DNA of 64,000 nucleotides, taken from NCBI GenBank assembly GCA_010909165.1, contig MU008166.1, forward strand, positions 930,001 through 994,000. Direction: 5' to 3'. Position 1 is the stretch's first letter; each line of letters starts with the position of its first letter. The position numbers and the translations under genes are program-made. Below, piece by piece: positions 12,002 to 23,015 of this stretch. Under the pieces are notes generated by a model, which was given only the letters and a program-made list of their open reading frames with translations, made no database searches and was not told the origin of the DNA. This DNA comes from Anthoceros angustus (lineage: Eukaryota; Plantae; Anthocerotophyta).

Positions 12002-12976
12002 ATGGAGTTCGAGAGCACAAACACAGGTGTGGGCAAATATGAAATTGGACAAATGCTTGGAGAAGGATCTACTGCTACTGTTCTACTTGGGAGACATGTA
12101 CGCACACGTGAACTTCGGGCATTGAAGATGGTTGAGAAATTTGGAAATAATCTATCAACGCAAGGCGAAATAAACATTATGAGAAAGTTGAAGCATCCAA
12201 ATATAGTCCAACTGTTTGATTTCTTTCGAACCAAGACACATATTTACTTGGTCTTGGAGCTCCAACAACATGGTACGCTACTCGATAAATTACGAATTGA
12301 AAAAAAGCTTTCAGAAACAAAAGCCAGGCATTATTTCCAGCAGTTGTTATCTGCTATACGTTATTGTCATCGCAATGGTATATGCCATCGAGATATAAAA
12401 ACTAATAATCTTTTTTTGGATACAAATGATAATTTGAAGTTGGGAGATTTTGACTTGAGTGGCATAATGAAAACAATGCAAGGTGTGGACGGTAGATTGT
12501 GTCATACATTTTGTGGAACACCATATTATATGGCTCCTGAAGTAGGTTCAAAAAATGGTTATGATGGTGCCATTGCAGATATATGGTCATGTGGTGTGGT
12601 ACTATTTGAACTACTTTCTGGGGACATGCCATTTGAGGGAGAAACTAATCCCGAATTGTACAAAAATGTTGAGAAAGGTGAGTACCAAATGCCTTTAGAT
12701 TTGACCCCAGGTGCCCAATACATGATTAGAAGGCTCTTAACCGTCAATCCAGCTGAGCGAATAACTATTGCTGAAATATTTGAAAATGAGTGGTTCAAGC
12801 AAGACTACACAAATATCAATAATGAGGGTAAATCAGACAACATATCTCCGATTCGCAGCATTCCATATCGTGCCACTTGGCAAACTAGTGACAATTCTAC
12901 TAACAAAAGAGTGATGAAGATCCTTGAGTTCCTGAAAAAGTATATGTGTTGCACTTCATCTACAGAAGTTAAGTAA
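12002..12976 (+). CDS. Intronless AT-rich CIPK-like kinase, copy 3, with DFD in place of DFG
   Basis: GEGSTA, RALK, HRDIKTNN, LGDFDLSG, HTFCGTPYYMAPE, GYDGAIADIWSCGV, WFKQDY; 324-aa open frame. Confidence 0.85.
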   Translation: MEFESTNTGVGKYEIGQMLGEGSTATVLLGRHVRTRELRALKMVEKFGNNLSTQGEINIMRKLKHPNIVQLFDFFRTKTHIYLVLELQQHGTLLDKLRIEKKLSETKARHYFQQLLSAIRYCHRNGICHRDIKTNNLFLDTNDNLKLGDFDLSGIMKTMQGVDGRLCHTFCGTPYYMAPEVGSKNGYDGAIADIWSCGVVLFELLSGDMPFEGETNPELYKNVEKGEYQMPLDLTPGAQYMIRRLLTVNPAERITIAEIFENEWFKQDYTNINNEGKSDNISPIRSIPYRATWQTSDNSTNKRVMKILEFLKKYMCCTSSTEVK

Positions 12977-13984
12977 CTTCTGTTCCTTAAAAAATAAGTG
13001 AGGAGGCATGCATGAGAGGCATGCAGCTTAGCATCTAGTATATTGAACTAGACTTCAACTTTTTCTAGATATCATGAACTAAACTAGATATCGACTTGCT
13101 TCATAAACAATGTAGGGAGGATTTGTTTGGAAGTGCCGGAGCATCTTTTTCTTCAAGGTGCAAGAACTTCATAAAATTGAGGGCTCTTCTTCTAAAATAT
13201 GTGCATATTCGTGAGGGTTACCGCATACTGTCCTCGGAACTAATTTGGATTAAAAAAAAAGAGTAGCAACATTTCGCTAGGTGAAAACGAATACTGGTCC
13301 ATCGCTCTAGGGTTAATCTATTGTTCCGCATTGATGCTTAGAGCAAGTACCCTCAGTTCTTATTAGCTCATATGTATTGGAAGATCCACCAAACACGAGA
13401 GGATAAAAAATCTCCAATTAAACGCTAGGTCCCCAAAAATGATCAATACTAAGATGGTTGTGATTGAATGAGAGATCAATAAATTGAGAAGTTGATCAAA
13501 CACCATGATGTAGGTTATATCAAGGAATGCGTTTTCTCTTCACATGGACAAAGGTAGGGTTGAGATGGACGATGTTATTATTAGGGAGAGAAGTAGAGTC
13601 TATGTAAACTATGATTATGAGCAGGTTTGAATGAACTATGTTATGGGAGACGAGTAGAGTTCTGCAAAACTTTTGGTGTCCGGTTTGGTAACCCGACCAA
13701 AATGGGGTAGCCCAAAGGGGATGCACCAAAGCAGCCACTTCGCGGTCACCGGAAGACAGAAAGGGAACTTTAGGGTTTTTTCCCCCGCACTCACTGTGTT
13801 TTTTTCTCGCGCACGCATCAAGAAATTTTTTTTCCGCGCGCGCAGCGTTCCAGTTTAGGGTGCGCTAGGTGGCATAGGCAAGCCCCCTGCCCGTTTTTAG
13901 GGTTCATATCCTAAGAGGGTGGAGCAACAGGGTTTAGGGCAGGGGCGAGGAACATCGCCTTGGCCGGGCTGCTGGCGACTCACG

Positions 13985-14051
13985 ACGGTGCAGGCGGCGG
14001 GCGGGAGGAGGGCAGGCGGGGCAGGCGGGCAGGCGGGCAGGCGGGCAGGCG

Positions 14052-14089
<38 letters not shown>

Positions 14090-14173
14090 TAAGCGGCAGC
14101 GCCTTTTGCCAGTAGCTTCGGCTGGTAGGCGCCTTGTGGCCAGGAAAGCGGGCGCTGCCACTGCGTTGGCGAA

Positions 14174-14207
<34 letters not shown>

Positions 14208-14525
14208 GCGGGCGGGCGGGAGGCGGGCGGGGCAAGGTGGGGCGGGCGGGAGGCGGGCGGGGCAGGCGGGGCAGGCGGGCGGGGCAGGCGGGCGGGAGGA
14301 GGGCAGGCGGGCGGCCGGCGGGCGGAGGAGGGGCGAGGCGGGCGAGCTGCCGGTCAGTCTGAGGGCAGGCGGGCAGGTGAAGGAAGAGGCGGGCGGGCGG
14401 GGCAAGGTGGGGCGGGCGGGAGGCGGGGCAACAAGATGCGGCGGGCGGGCGGGCGGGAGGCGGGCGGGCGGGAGGAGGGCAGGCGGGCGGCGTTGTGGGG
14501 CGGGGCAGGCGGCGGGCGGGGAGGC
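13985..14525. repeat. G-rich low-complexity tract ((GGC)n, GGCGGG, GGCA units)
   Basis: (GGC)n runs near 14049-14085 and 14175-14205. GGGCGGGGCAAGGTGGGGCGGGCGGGAGGCGGG occurs twice. Confidence 0.9.
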
Positions 14526-15559
14526 ACCACAGTATCGATCCTCCCATCCACACCAAGCACCAACTACCCTCGTCCCCATTTCTTGCTGCCCATGGTGATG
14601 CCGAATTGTTTGATGCTCCTTTTCTTGCAAATGGCTGACATCCAGACGGCTGCCTGGTGCCACTGCAGGTAGTGTTGCAGGCATACTGCGGTTGTGGGCG
14701 GAATGGCAGGCACCGGCCCACCCTCTCCTCCTCACATGCCGCAGGCCCCGCATCATGCAGCCTCATTATGTGCGGGCCAGCAGTGGAGGAGGGTTCCACG
14801 CTCTCCTCCGGCTTCACCCGATCCTAATATGTGGAGTGAGTTGTTTTACAGGTCTTATGACCCGAAGAAGCCAATGCATCCTCTGTCGTACGAGGAGCTT
14901 GATGCACTCTTGCAGCATGCGGAGGACCACAACGACCTCATCTGCCACATAGAGAACTACCCCTTGGACTTTGAAGTTCTTTTCGGTGAGGGCGTGGTCG
15001 CGGTGTATTTGGGTGGACTGGACTTCATCTTTGCGTTGTCTTTGCGGCTTTCGCTGATGACCTGGTCAAGTTCCATTACACTCACAATCCATGTGCCACA
15101 TGTACATGGGTGTTTTGTTGGTGTATTGCACCCGCCGGATGCGCAGCTGCGACCGCATTTCCATGGCCTCCGGCTGCATGGCTCGCGATCTTTGCCACCG
15201 CCTCCTCGACACGATCGGCCGCTAGCCCGCTTTGCGCACAATCCTCACTCCCCGGTTCACACCCTGCCACGTGATGGGCGTTGCGGGATGAGGTTGCAAC
15301 GTCTTCGTGTTCTCGGTGGACCGCGCAGCGCCTCTCCATCCGGGCACCATGCGCCCACCTCCTCAACGTCCGCGGTGCACATCCCAACTCTCCTGCGAGC
15401 CCTTTCAATGTCCGTCCCGCCCTCCTCCGCCCCTCTGCGATGTTCCTCAAAGTCTCCACTTCGAAAGGGCAGCCTCCCGACCGTTCCCTATCCACACCCT
15501 GCCGCACGCCCTTTGTTTCAGTATCAGAGGGCTGTGTGATCGTCTCCACCTCCGAAATT

Positions 15560-16000
15560 TCGCTTTCCACACCTTCGTCCTCCCCATCCCCCCCTCCCGT
15601 CCTCTCCGCCTCGGCCCCCATCTCCCCTCCCTTGCGGCCGCGCCATCTCACCTCGCCAGCCACCCGCCATTCGCTCGGCGCCATCGCCCGGCCACCTCTC
15701 CTCCGGCCCTCCTGCCATCCTCTCATCGCCCTCTACCGGCCCCTCCGCTTCCCACCGCTTTGTGCCTCGGCCTCGCCCCTCCTCATCCCTACGTCGGGCG
15801 CACATGGCCCCGCCCGTCCGCCCATTCCTCCCACCGCTCCTCGGCCCCGCCCCCTCACGCCCGTTCCTCCCACCGCTCCGCGAGCGGGCCGGGTCCTCCG
15901 CCCCTCCCATCCATCCCGGCCCATTGGCCGTCCCCATCCATGCACGCCATGCACTCCGCCCCTCCTCCCACCCCCACCTCCACCTCCCCTCCACTGCCCT
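15560..16000. repeat. C-rich low-complexity tract
   Basis: Strong C/T skew on the + strand, with repeated CCTCCCACCGCTCC units. Confidence 0.7.
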
Positions 16001-18604
16001 CCAGGACCGTTGTGTTCGCCGACATGTCCACGCCCCCTCCACTCCGCGCCATAATTCCGTGCATTGCCCTCACCTCGATCGAACCGCGTCCGGTCGCTGC
16101 CGGCGTCCCCCATGACTGCTGCACTTCTTCGGCGCCCTCGCTAGTAGCCTCCGCACACCTTGTCCTCGCCGGCGCACGGTCTCCCGGTGCTTGGATTCCC
16201 TACTCGCATCCCCGGGCGGGTTCACCACCCCCTCATGCCACTTAGCCTCCGACATGTCGTGTTCTACCGAAATGGCGGGCTTCTCCTCCCAATGTCAAAT
16301 GTCAAGTTTCGGCATCGCGCATTTTCGGCGACTGGATTGTATTGCGCCGCCTCCTTGCCAACACTCCCCCTCCCCCCAACCTCCCCACCGCCTGCGCCAC
16401 CACTTACGAGGAGGTGGCTTTTCTGTATGACCAGCTGCATGCGAGTGTGGGGAAGGTAAAAGGTGGATTTGTGTTTGGAGCCTGCAATACTGTGAGCTAA
16501 CTTGGCCCGCTCTGGATGTCCATCTGGTTGTGAGGCATGTATTCCTTGAGTGTCGGCATGTTTCTGTGAGCTATCATTTCAGTATGCTAAGGTTGCTCCT
16601 AAACCACTCGCCGAGCCTTTCTCATGCATCGGATTGGCGTGATCCTTTGACGTACCATTTCTGGCCCTTCTCCTCTTGATCACAGCATTCACGACCTCGT
16701 CATCGGTGGAGATGGTGGAAGCCCAAGTCGGGCTGTGCCAAAGGATGCAGCTTGGGATCGGCTGATGGCCAGGTGCAGTAAATTGAAAGGTCTGTATGTA
16801 TAGCGGACTTGGTAGTATGGAAGGGCTGCAATCATGTTTTTGTTGAAGGTCTTGGGCATGATGTGGGGATTTTCGTTCTATGCACGATGTTTAGTGCACC
16901 CATCTGTAATGAGAGGTTTGCCGCCTCCTCTGAAGGCCCTGCATGTGAAGGTTGAAGGCGGCTTTCATGTTACTGCTGGCCATCCCCTCTTCCTGTTTCG
17001 AGCCGGATCGTGCTTCTTCTTGTTTGAAAGAGGATCGTGGTTCTCATTGTTTCCAGCATCGCGGGTTCCTTAAGGAATACACGGTCGCAAAGTCCATAGC
17101 TGCGAAGATGGGGACACGGCCGTGGGCCTGTGCATGGTTCGCAAACCATGGCGTGCCCATGACGTCGTGCATCACGAAACCCATGCTAGCGGCTGAGTAG
17201 GGTTTGTCAAGCGGATGGAGGCGTGGTAGCGCCGAGGTTAATTGGCGGCCATTGGATGCCATCGAGAAAACTTCATGGCACAAGGTAGGGGCGGAAACAT
17301 TCGAAAACATAGTGTCCGTCTCTTTGTTTTCAAAGGTGAAATAAAATTTTCAAGGACACCCGTTTCGAGGACACAGTGTGTCTCCCCTTTGGTGCTTGGC
17401 CGCTCTTGGTTAGGGCGCCAAAGCGGCCATCTGACCATGTGCTGTGAAAAAAGAAACCGTACTGGAATCTAGGGTATATTCCTCAAGATCCCTACGCCTT
17501 CCACGGGTTTCGCGAAAAAAAAAATGGCCCATCCCCTCTATCCCCTTTGGTATGCCATATACGATACCTATGCTTTTCTTGAAAACTAGGGTTTGTGTCT
17601 TGTGATAGCTACAAGCCTAGAAGTTATGTTCTTTTTTTCCGGCTTCTCACCACTTTCTTTTGTTTTACTTACAAATATCACTTTTTCTTGGAAACAAACA
17701 CACAATAGGGCTGTGCCTTCAATTCTCTCCAGTCCCTTCCTCTCGCTGTCGCTTTCTCCCATCCAACTCCGCTTCTTTTCCCTCGCTCCCCCGGCACCGC
17801 TTCCTTTCATCCCTCCTCCGATTGCTCCTTCACTCACACCTTTCTGGGATTTAGGGTTTCGTTCATGGAAGGGTTAGGTGGGACAACAAGTCACCCGAGA
17901 AACAAGCAAAGCATTTGCAACAATTTAGCTTCCTTGACGGAGGCTGTTAGAGTTTAGGGTTGTGTGCATGATTGGTAAGCCGATGAATGATGCTTGCCAT
18001 ACTGATGCGTAAACTTGAACATTGGGATTGGCAAGGACAAGGCTTCCGACTCAAGCTCAATTCCGACTCAGCACAAAGTCGATTCATTCTGGGGTACTTT
18101 CTATGTATTATTTTGTATGTGGGGTGTGTACTAGGTATGCATTGCACGTAAAATTTGTTTTTTCCTTTGTCCTGTTTGGTACGTCATAAAAACCCCGGCT
18201 TCTTGAATATTCATCGACGAATTGTACAAGAATTTTTTAAATTTATATATAAATAATATTTCAAATATACCAAACTGTCCATACAATTAGTTGCATTTTT
18301 TCTATCTCGTAAACAACAGAGAGCTGGGCAAGGTGACAAAGTGGTACTGGACGCATGAAGAGTTCATTTGACAAGTAACTGTAGTTTAAGAATTGTCGGT
18401 GATGTAAGACAGCACAGCTTTCAAAGCTGCACAGAGACACAAGATTAGGACACCTGAAATACTTCTAGAAATCCAACAACAACATCTAGATTGATCAAGG
18501 TAAAAAGCATGGGCACTCACGCACGCCACCGATGTTGAAGTCTCCGAAAAGATTACTACCTATAGGACCTGCAAAGCACACAGCATGGTAATATTTTCAA
18601 ATTA

Positions 18605-18838
18605 TCAAGAGTAGCGTTGAATCGATCGGCTCGGATTCGGAGCGACTGCAGTAAATTTAACCTTCGGGAACGAGAAAAGCAGAGCCGAACCTTGTCTTGT
18701 GAAAATGGGAATACCAGAATTCCCTGCCAGAATCTGAAGTTGGGCTAGTGTGAAGGGCGATTCCGCCATTACAGTATCACTGAAAGACGCTACCAGCAAG
18801 CTGAGAATTAGAAGCAATGCCAACTTGCCTGGTGCCAT
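18605..18838 (-). CDS. Putative small secreted protein (77 aa), function unknown
   Basis: MAPGKLALLLILSLLVASFSDTVMA has a basic n-region, hydrophobic core and small-residue cleavage site. A 52-aa Cys-free mature part follows, ending TGA TAA. Confidence 0.6.
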   Translation of the reverse strand: MAPGKLALLLILSLLVASFSDTVMAESPFTLAQLQILAGNSGIPIFTRQGSALLFSFPKVKFTAVAPNPSRSIQRYS

Positions 18839-19507
18839 GGTTACTAACTGCAGATCTGGCAGACTATGACGAGGAGTCAACACTCCCTAGGGCCAGGGCA
18901 GCTTAAGAGGTCTGAAAAAGTGCACAGTACACTGTAAACGATACTTGGCTAAAGTTGGACACTACTCTGCCGCTGAACGTCCTCAAGGAGCCCATGTTTT
19001 CATGCCAAATGATTCCAAAAGCTATTCAAGACGACGTCAGTTGATGCTCAAGACAAGGTGTCCTGGAAGATCTTTTATACGTAACGTTTAGAAAGATCAA
19101 ATAATCCAGTTACCTGAAGATTTTGTTCCCAGCAACCGCGGTGTGGCATGATGGGTCATCCAAACCACAGTTTGGTTCCGTCTTGTTTAGCATCCTCTGA
19201 TTCAGAATTGACATGGGGAAGGCACTAGTATATCAATATGAAAGCAAGTTTATACTAGAAAGAATGTGTTAAGGGGTCCCTGGTCTTGAGAGTAGGTATC
19301 CACTATGAGCCGGCCAATAGCTCTGCGTGGATGACACTTAGCTTATTACATGCACAATCCCACGCGAGCTTGCCGCTGCTGTAGACCCGTGGACACCTTT
19401 ATGAGAGGACCGAGGGCATCCGGAGCTAAAAGTGGATGACAGGAACCATGGCTGCCGATCATCCCGTCCTATCGTTGCAGAGCGCCATGTTGACGGAAAA
19501 CACACGA

Positions 19508-21925
19508 TCAAGGGGGGCCTGTAAGCAGTCTTAAGTCGTCCAGTATTCGCTTATATTCATAAAACAAACTGGAGTGCTCACCCGCCAAACCTGTTCGAGA
19601 CACCCTGTTGTTGCCTGACAAATTGTTGCAAGGGCTTCCACCAATTAGAAGGTCAAATTTTCCATATCTACGCTGAAGGTCTACTAGCTTATCCTTTGTC
19701 AAATCCTTCACGTCATGAATGTGATGAACCAGAAGGCCCTTCTGACCTGTGACTTGCCACCAATTAGAAACTACCTGCCTAACCTTATCGTTCAATTCTA
19801 TGCTTACCACCACATTGAGCTTGATGCCATTCTTGTGCAACGCAACCTCAGCACCTCCTATGCCCGCAAATAGAGAGATGACGTTTATCCCTTCGGAGAA
19901 CAAGGGCTTCAATACTGAGAGATGATAAGCAACCGTGTTCACCTGAAAACAACTTCCTAAGCACTTCCATCGGTCGGTTTTATTCACCACACCTCTGGTA
20001 TGATTAGCGTCATACCCCAAAACGACCTCCATCTCTTCAGCACTCATGGGCGAGACTTGATTTGGTCCTGTCCAAACTAAGTTCCATTTCTTCAGTTCTA
20101 TCAATACCTCCTTCCGGAAGTCCTCATCCTCCACAAGTCTAGCTCCGTTTTGTTTGATAGACTCAACAATGGGCTCAACAACAGTGTGGCATGCTGATCT
20201 AGAATCTATGCAATTGAGCTTTCTCCTGGGGTCCCAGGCAGGCCAGTGCTTCGAAGTTTCTGGAAAAAGCTCTTGAATGGTCATAGGAGGCTGAGGAATC
20301 AGTAGCTGTCTTCCCTCTACTGGAAGGTTGTGGACATAGCCTCGTGCCCTTCTGCAGGCCGAGAAGTGCAAAGCATCCACAAACTCTGGCTTGATGCCAT
20401 ACAGCTCATTGGAGATCTTGTCCCATTCGAACTTTGGCATCGTTGCCACATTCTCAAAGTAGAAATACGGAGGTCTAGCCAAATCTTCCGGTAACCTCCG
20501 AGGAACAACAGGCCCACCAGGAACTCCAAACCCTGTTCTCGAATCTTCTCCGAAGGTGTAATGGTCTTCCCTCTGCAGAGTATAAACAGTAGACCTACCA
20601 CCGCGCTGCTTCGTTTTCCTCTGCTTTCTGATCATGCTAAACTCTTCCTCCCAGCCAGGACCTGTTTGCCCCATGTCATAGGAATCCAGATCCTCATCTG
20701 TACCGATGACGTCCGGGTCCCAGTCACGCGCAGAAGCACGTCTCCGACGATTAGAAGTATCTGACTCGTTAAGCTGGTCATCCCCTTCCACTAGTTCCTG
20801 CAATTCCAAAGCTTTCTGCAGGTCCAGTGCTTCCGTGACATCTTTGCAGTCATGCTTCCGTATAGCTTCTTCCAAACGAGGGCTAAGCTGCACCATGCTC
20901 TTAACTTGCTCCACAACCAAGTCCACTCCCTCGGTTCTAGGCTTGCTCGGAGTGTCAGACAGTAAGTAGGCATCCAGCCAGTCCACCACCTTCTCCACAG
21001 GGTCATCAAGTGCATGGTAGCTGACTGCAATGGTGACGACGTCGAAGTCGTAACCCAATTCTACTAGCTGCTCCAACCGGGAATCGACATTACGTTCACC
21101 AGCAGCATCAGCGACATCCTTGACGTCCACGTCCATGTCGCAACTTCTCCCATCCCGATCATCTTCACCACCTCGAGGTTCAGCTTCCTCTCCAGCTGCA
21201 GCTGCATCTTCGACCCCAAGGTTCTCCAAGATCACGTTCGCCACCACCTCTGCTGTCACCTCTCTCCCTGCATTCTCCAAGCTTTCCACAGCTCTTTCCA
21301 CCTGAGCCTCAGAGAACCCTAGCGACGCGAGGTCACACCACCATGCTGGCTTCGAGCATCCTGCTTCGTTACTTCCAAAACGTGTGTCACTATCCGGAGC
21401 ACACCCCGTGTCTCCACCATAGCCTGCCGACTCCTGCTCGCTTATCCCTAACCCCTCCGAAGACTCACCATCCGTTTCCGCTTCAAGCTCCCGGCTCTGC
21501 TGCCTTTCCGCACAGCACATTTCCTCCTCCTTGCAAGAAAAAATGGCAAGCCGCGGGCTCGAAGGAAGGTGGGAGCGGGGACTCGAGGCGCGGGCATCCA
21601 GCAAAGAATTCACGAGTGCACCCAAGGTGACTTCCTCGCCCCGCTTTTCCAAGTCCTCCACAGCTCCCTCCACCTCAGTCTGCGACGCGGGAAGACCAAA
21701 ACACTCCAGATCATGCAACCAGTTCTGCTGCGGCCCTGCAGCCATAGCTGGCACACGGACAGCCTCCTCAATCAACAACGTGGAGCTCCCCTCGGGCTCC
21801 GCCATGCAGGGAACACAAAGATCGAGCTCAGTCTTGCATGATTTCCTGTGTACGTCTCCTTTCTTTAATTGCCCCTGATTTTGTTTCGACGTCCCGCCGC
21901 CGATCGATGGCATGACCGTTGCCAT
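19508..21925 (-). CDS. DRM2: Domains-rearranged DNA (cytosine-5) methyltransferase with UBA-like repeats, in one uninterrupted reading frame
   Basis: Rearranged motif order: YFYFENV precedes SLFAGIGGAEVAL and catalytic GGSPCNNLSGNNR. Three UBA-like helical segments lie N-terminally. The track's first M at 21994 is a GTG; the first in-frame ATG is 21925, so the true start is uncertain. Confidence 0.93.
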   Translation of the reverse strand: MATVMPSIGGGTSKQNQGQLKKGDVHRKSCKTELDLCVPCMAEPEGSSTLLIEEAVRVPAMAAGPQQNWLHDLECFGLPASQTEVEGAVEDLEKRGEEVTLGALVNSLLDARASSPRSHLPSSPRLAIFSCKEEEMCCAERQQSRELEAETDGESSEGLGISEQESAGYGGDTGCAPDSDTRFGSNEAGCSKPAWWCDLASLGFSEAQVERAVESLENAGREVTAEVVANVILENLGVEDAAAAGEEAEPRGGEDDRDGRSCDMDVDVKDVADAAGERNVDSRLEQLVELGYDFDVVTIAVSYHALDDPVEKVVDWLDAYLLSDTPSKPRTEGVDLVVEQVKSMVQLSPRLEEAIRKHDCKDVTEALDLQKALELQELVEGDDQLNESDTSNRRRRASARDWDPDVIGTDEDLDSYDMGQTGPGWEEEFSMIRKQRKTKQRGGRSTVYTLQREDHYTFGEDSRTGFGVPGGPVVPRRLPEDLARPPYFYFENVATMPKFEWDKISNELYGIKPEFVDALHFSACRRARGYVHNLPVEGRQLLIPQPPMTIQELFPETSKHWPAWDPRRKLNCIDSRSACHTVVEPIVESIKQNGARLVEDEDFRKEVLIELKKWNLVWTGPNQVSPMSAEEMEVVLGYDANHTRGVVNKTDRWKCLGSCFQVNTVAYHLSVLKPLFSEGINVISLFAGIGGAEVALHKNGIKLNVVVSIELNDKVRQVVSNWWQVTGQKGLLVHHIHDVKDLTKDKLVDLQRRYGKFDLLIGGSPCNNLSGNNRVSRTGLAGEHSSLFYEYKRILDDLRLLTGPP

Positions 21926-23015
21926 TTGCAGGTTAGGGCTTCCCGATTGTCCAGGGGCAATCGAATCTGCCACTCCTTCACAAGAGGAGGACACTCTCGT
22001 TCACGATTCACTCCTCTGTACAGACCATGCCTGTGGGGGACGTTTTCTCCATGGCCAGGGTGCATCAAACACCAGGGTGTGTGAGGCATTCACTTCCACC
22101 AAGTCCGCGGATAACAACGGCAATTTCCAAACTTGCAAAAATTGGACAACATCTTACGAGGGAATCAGCGTCTTCCACTAAAGGTTTACATTTTCGAACA
22201 GAAAAGGCGAAAAAGAGCCTGTTTACGGCCCGATCTTCACACACAAACAACACCCGATCCAAGCTGCGATGCCAGCCAACTGCAATTCCTCAAACTTGAT
22301 ATGGAATCTTTCAATCTTTCGAGCGCTATAAGTTAGGTGAGATGGTAATACCACCCAGGCCACACGCAGGGCTCCATCTGCACATCCTGGGTTCAGAGAG
22401 GAGAGGTGTTAGAGACCTTACAATGATCCTCATCCAGCGCATATCTACGCAACCTGATGGATTTAGAGCTCGGAATTCACCGATGCAAAGCTCATCATCT
22501 CCCCAAGTTCGGCCACACTCTGAATTAGACAAGAGAGAATACCAGCGTTGGAGGAGCGAGAGCGGCACCTGCGCGCTAGACCTAGGCAATGTCGGCGTCA
22601 TCGAAATCATCCTCGAAGGAATTGAAGAAGTCTGAGTCAGAGGGCTTGTTGTCTGAAGAAGCGTCGCCCATTACGTCAACAGCGTCGCCATCCAGATCCA
22701 CGTCCATGGCCGCTGCCACACTCTGGTCATCCAAATCTTGGCCCATCGGTACTCAAAATGCCTTCATTACGGCTAAGATCTCTCAAGTACTCGAAAGAGC
22801 CAACCGGAAGGGCTTCACAGCTCCCGTAGGTTTCGTCAAATTCGTTGCAATGATACTAAAGAGAATCTGGCACAGCCCTCTACATATGCCGCATACATAC
22901 ATGATTTACAGGGGTCCCAATCGTGGACCTTTGAATGTATGTGTAACCTAGCCTTTGTACACTCGAGAACAACATGTAGTCGAACTGTAAGACGTTGAGG
23001 TGTGAGAAGTAGGGA

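Noticed and set aside
13769-13940. Scattered TTTAGGG / TAGGGTTT motifs (also at 17586-17960) as a telomere or interstitial telomeric array
   Set aside because: Isolated single units rather than tandem arrays; compatible with telo-boxes or chance.
13934-16255. Many long ORFs (150-310 aa) on both strands
   Set aside because: They arise from stop-poor GC-rich low-complexity DNA, translate as Pro/Arg/Gly/Ala runs and show no family motif.
18605-18650. PNP-containing C-terminus as a CLE peptide
   Set aside because: Lacks the R..P.GP.P.H[N/H] CLE pattern.
21926-21994. ORF-track start of DRM at 21994
   Set aside because: The codon is GTG, with an in-frame TGA three codons upstream; not a credible eukaryotic start.
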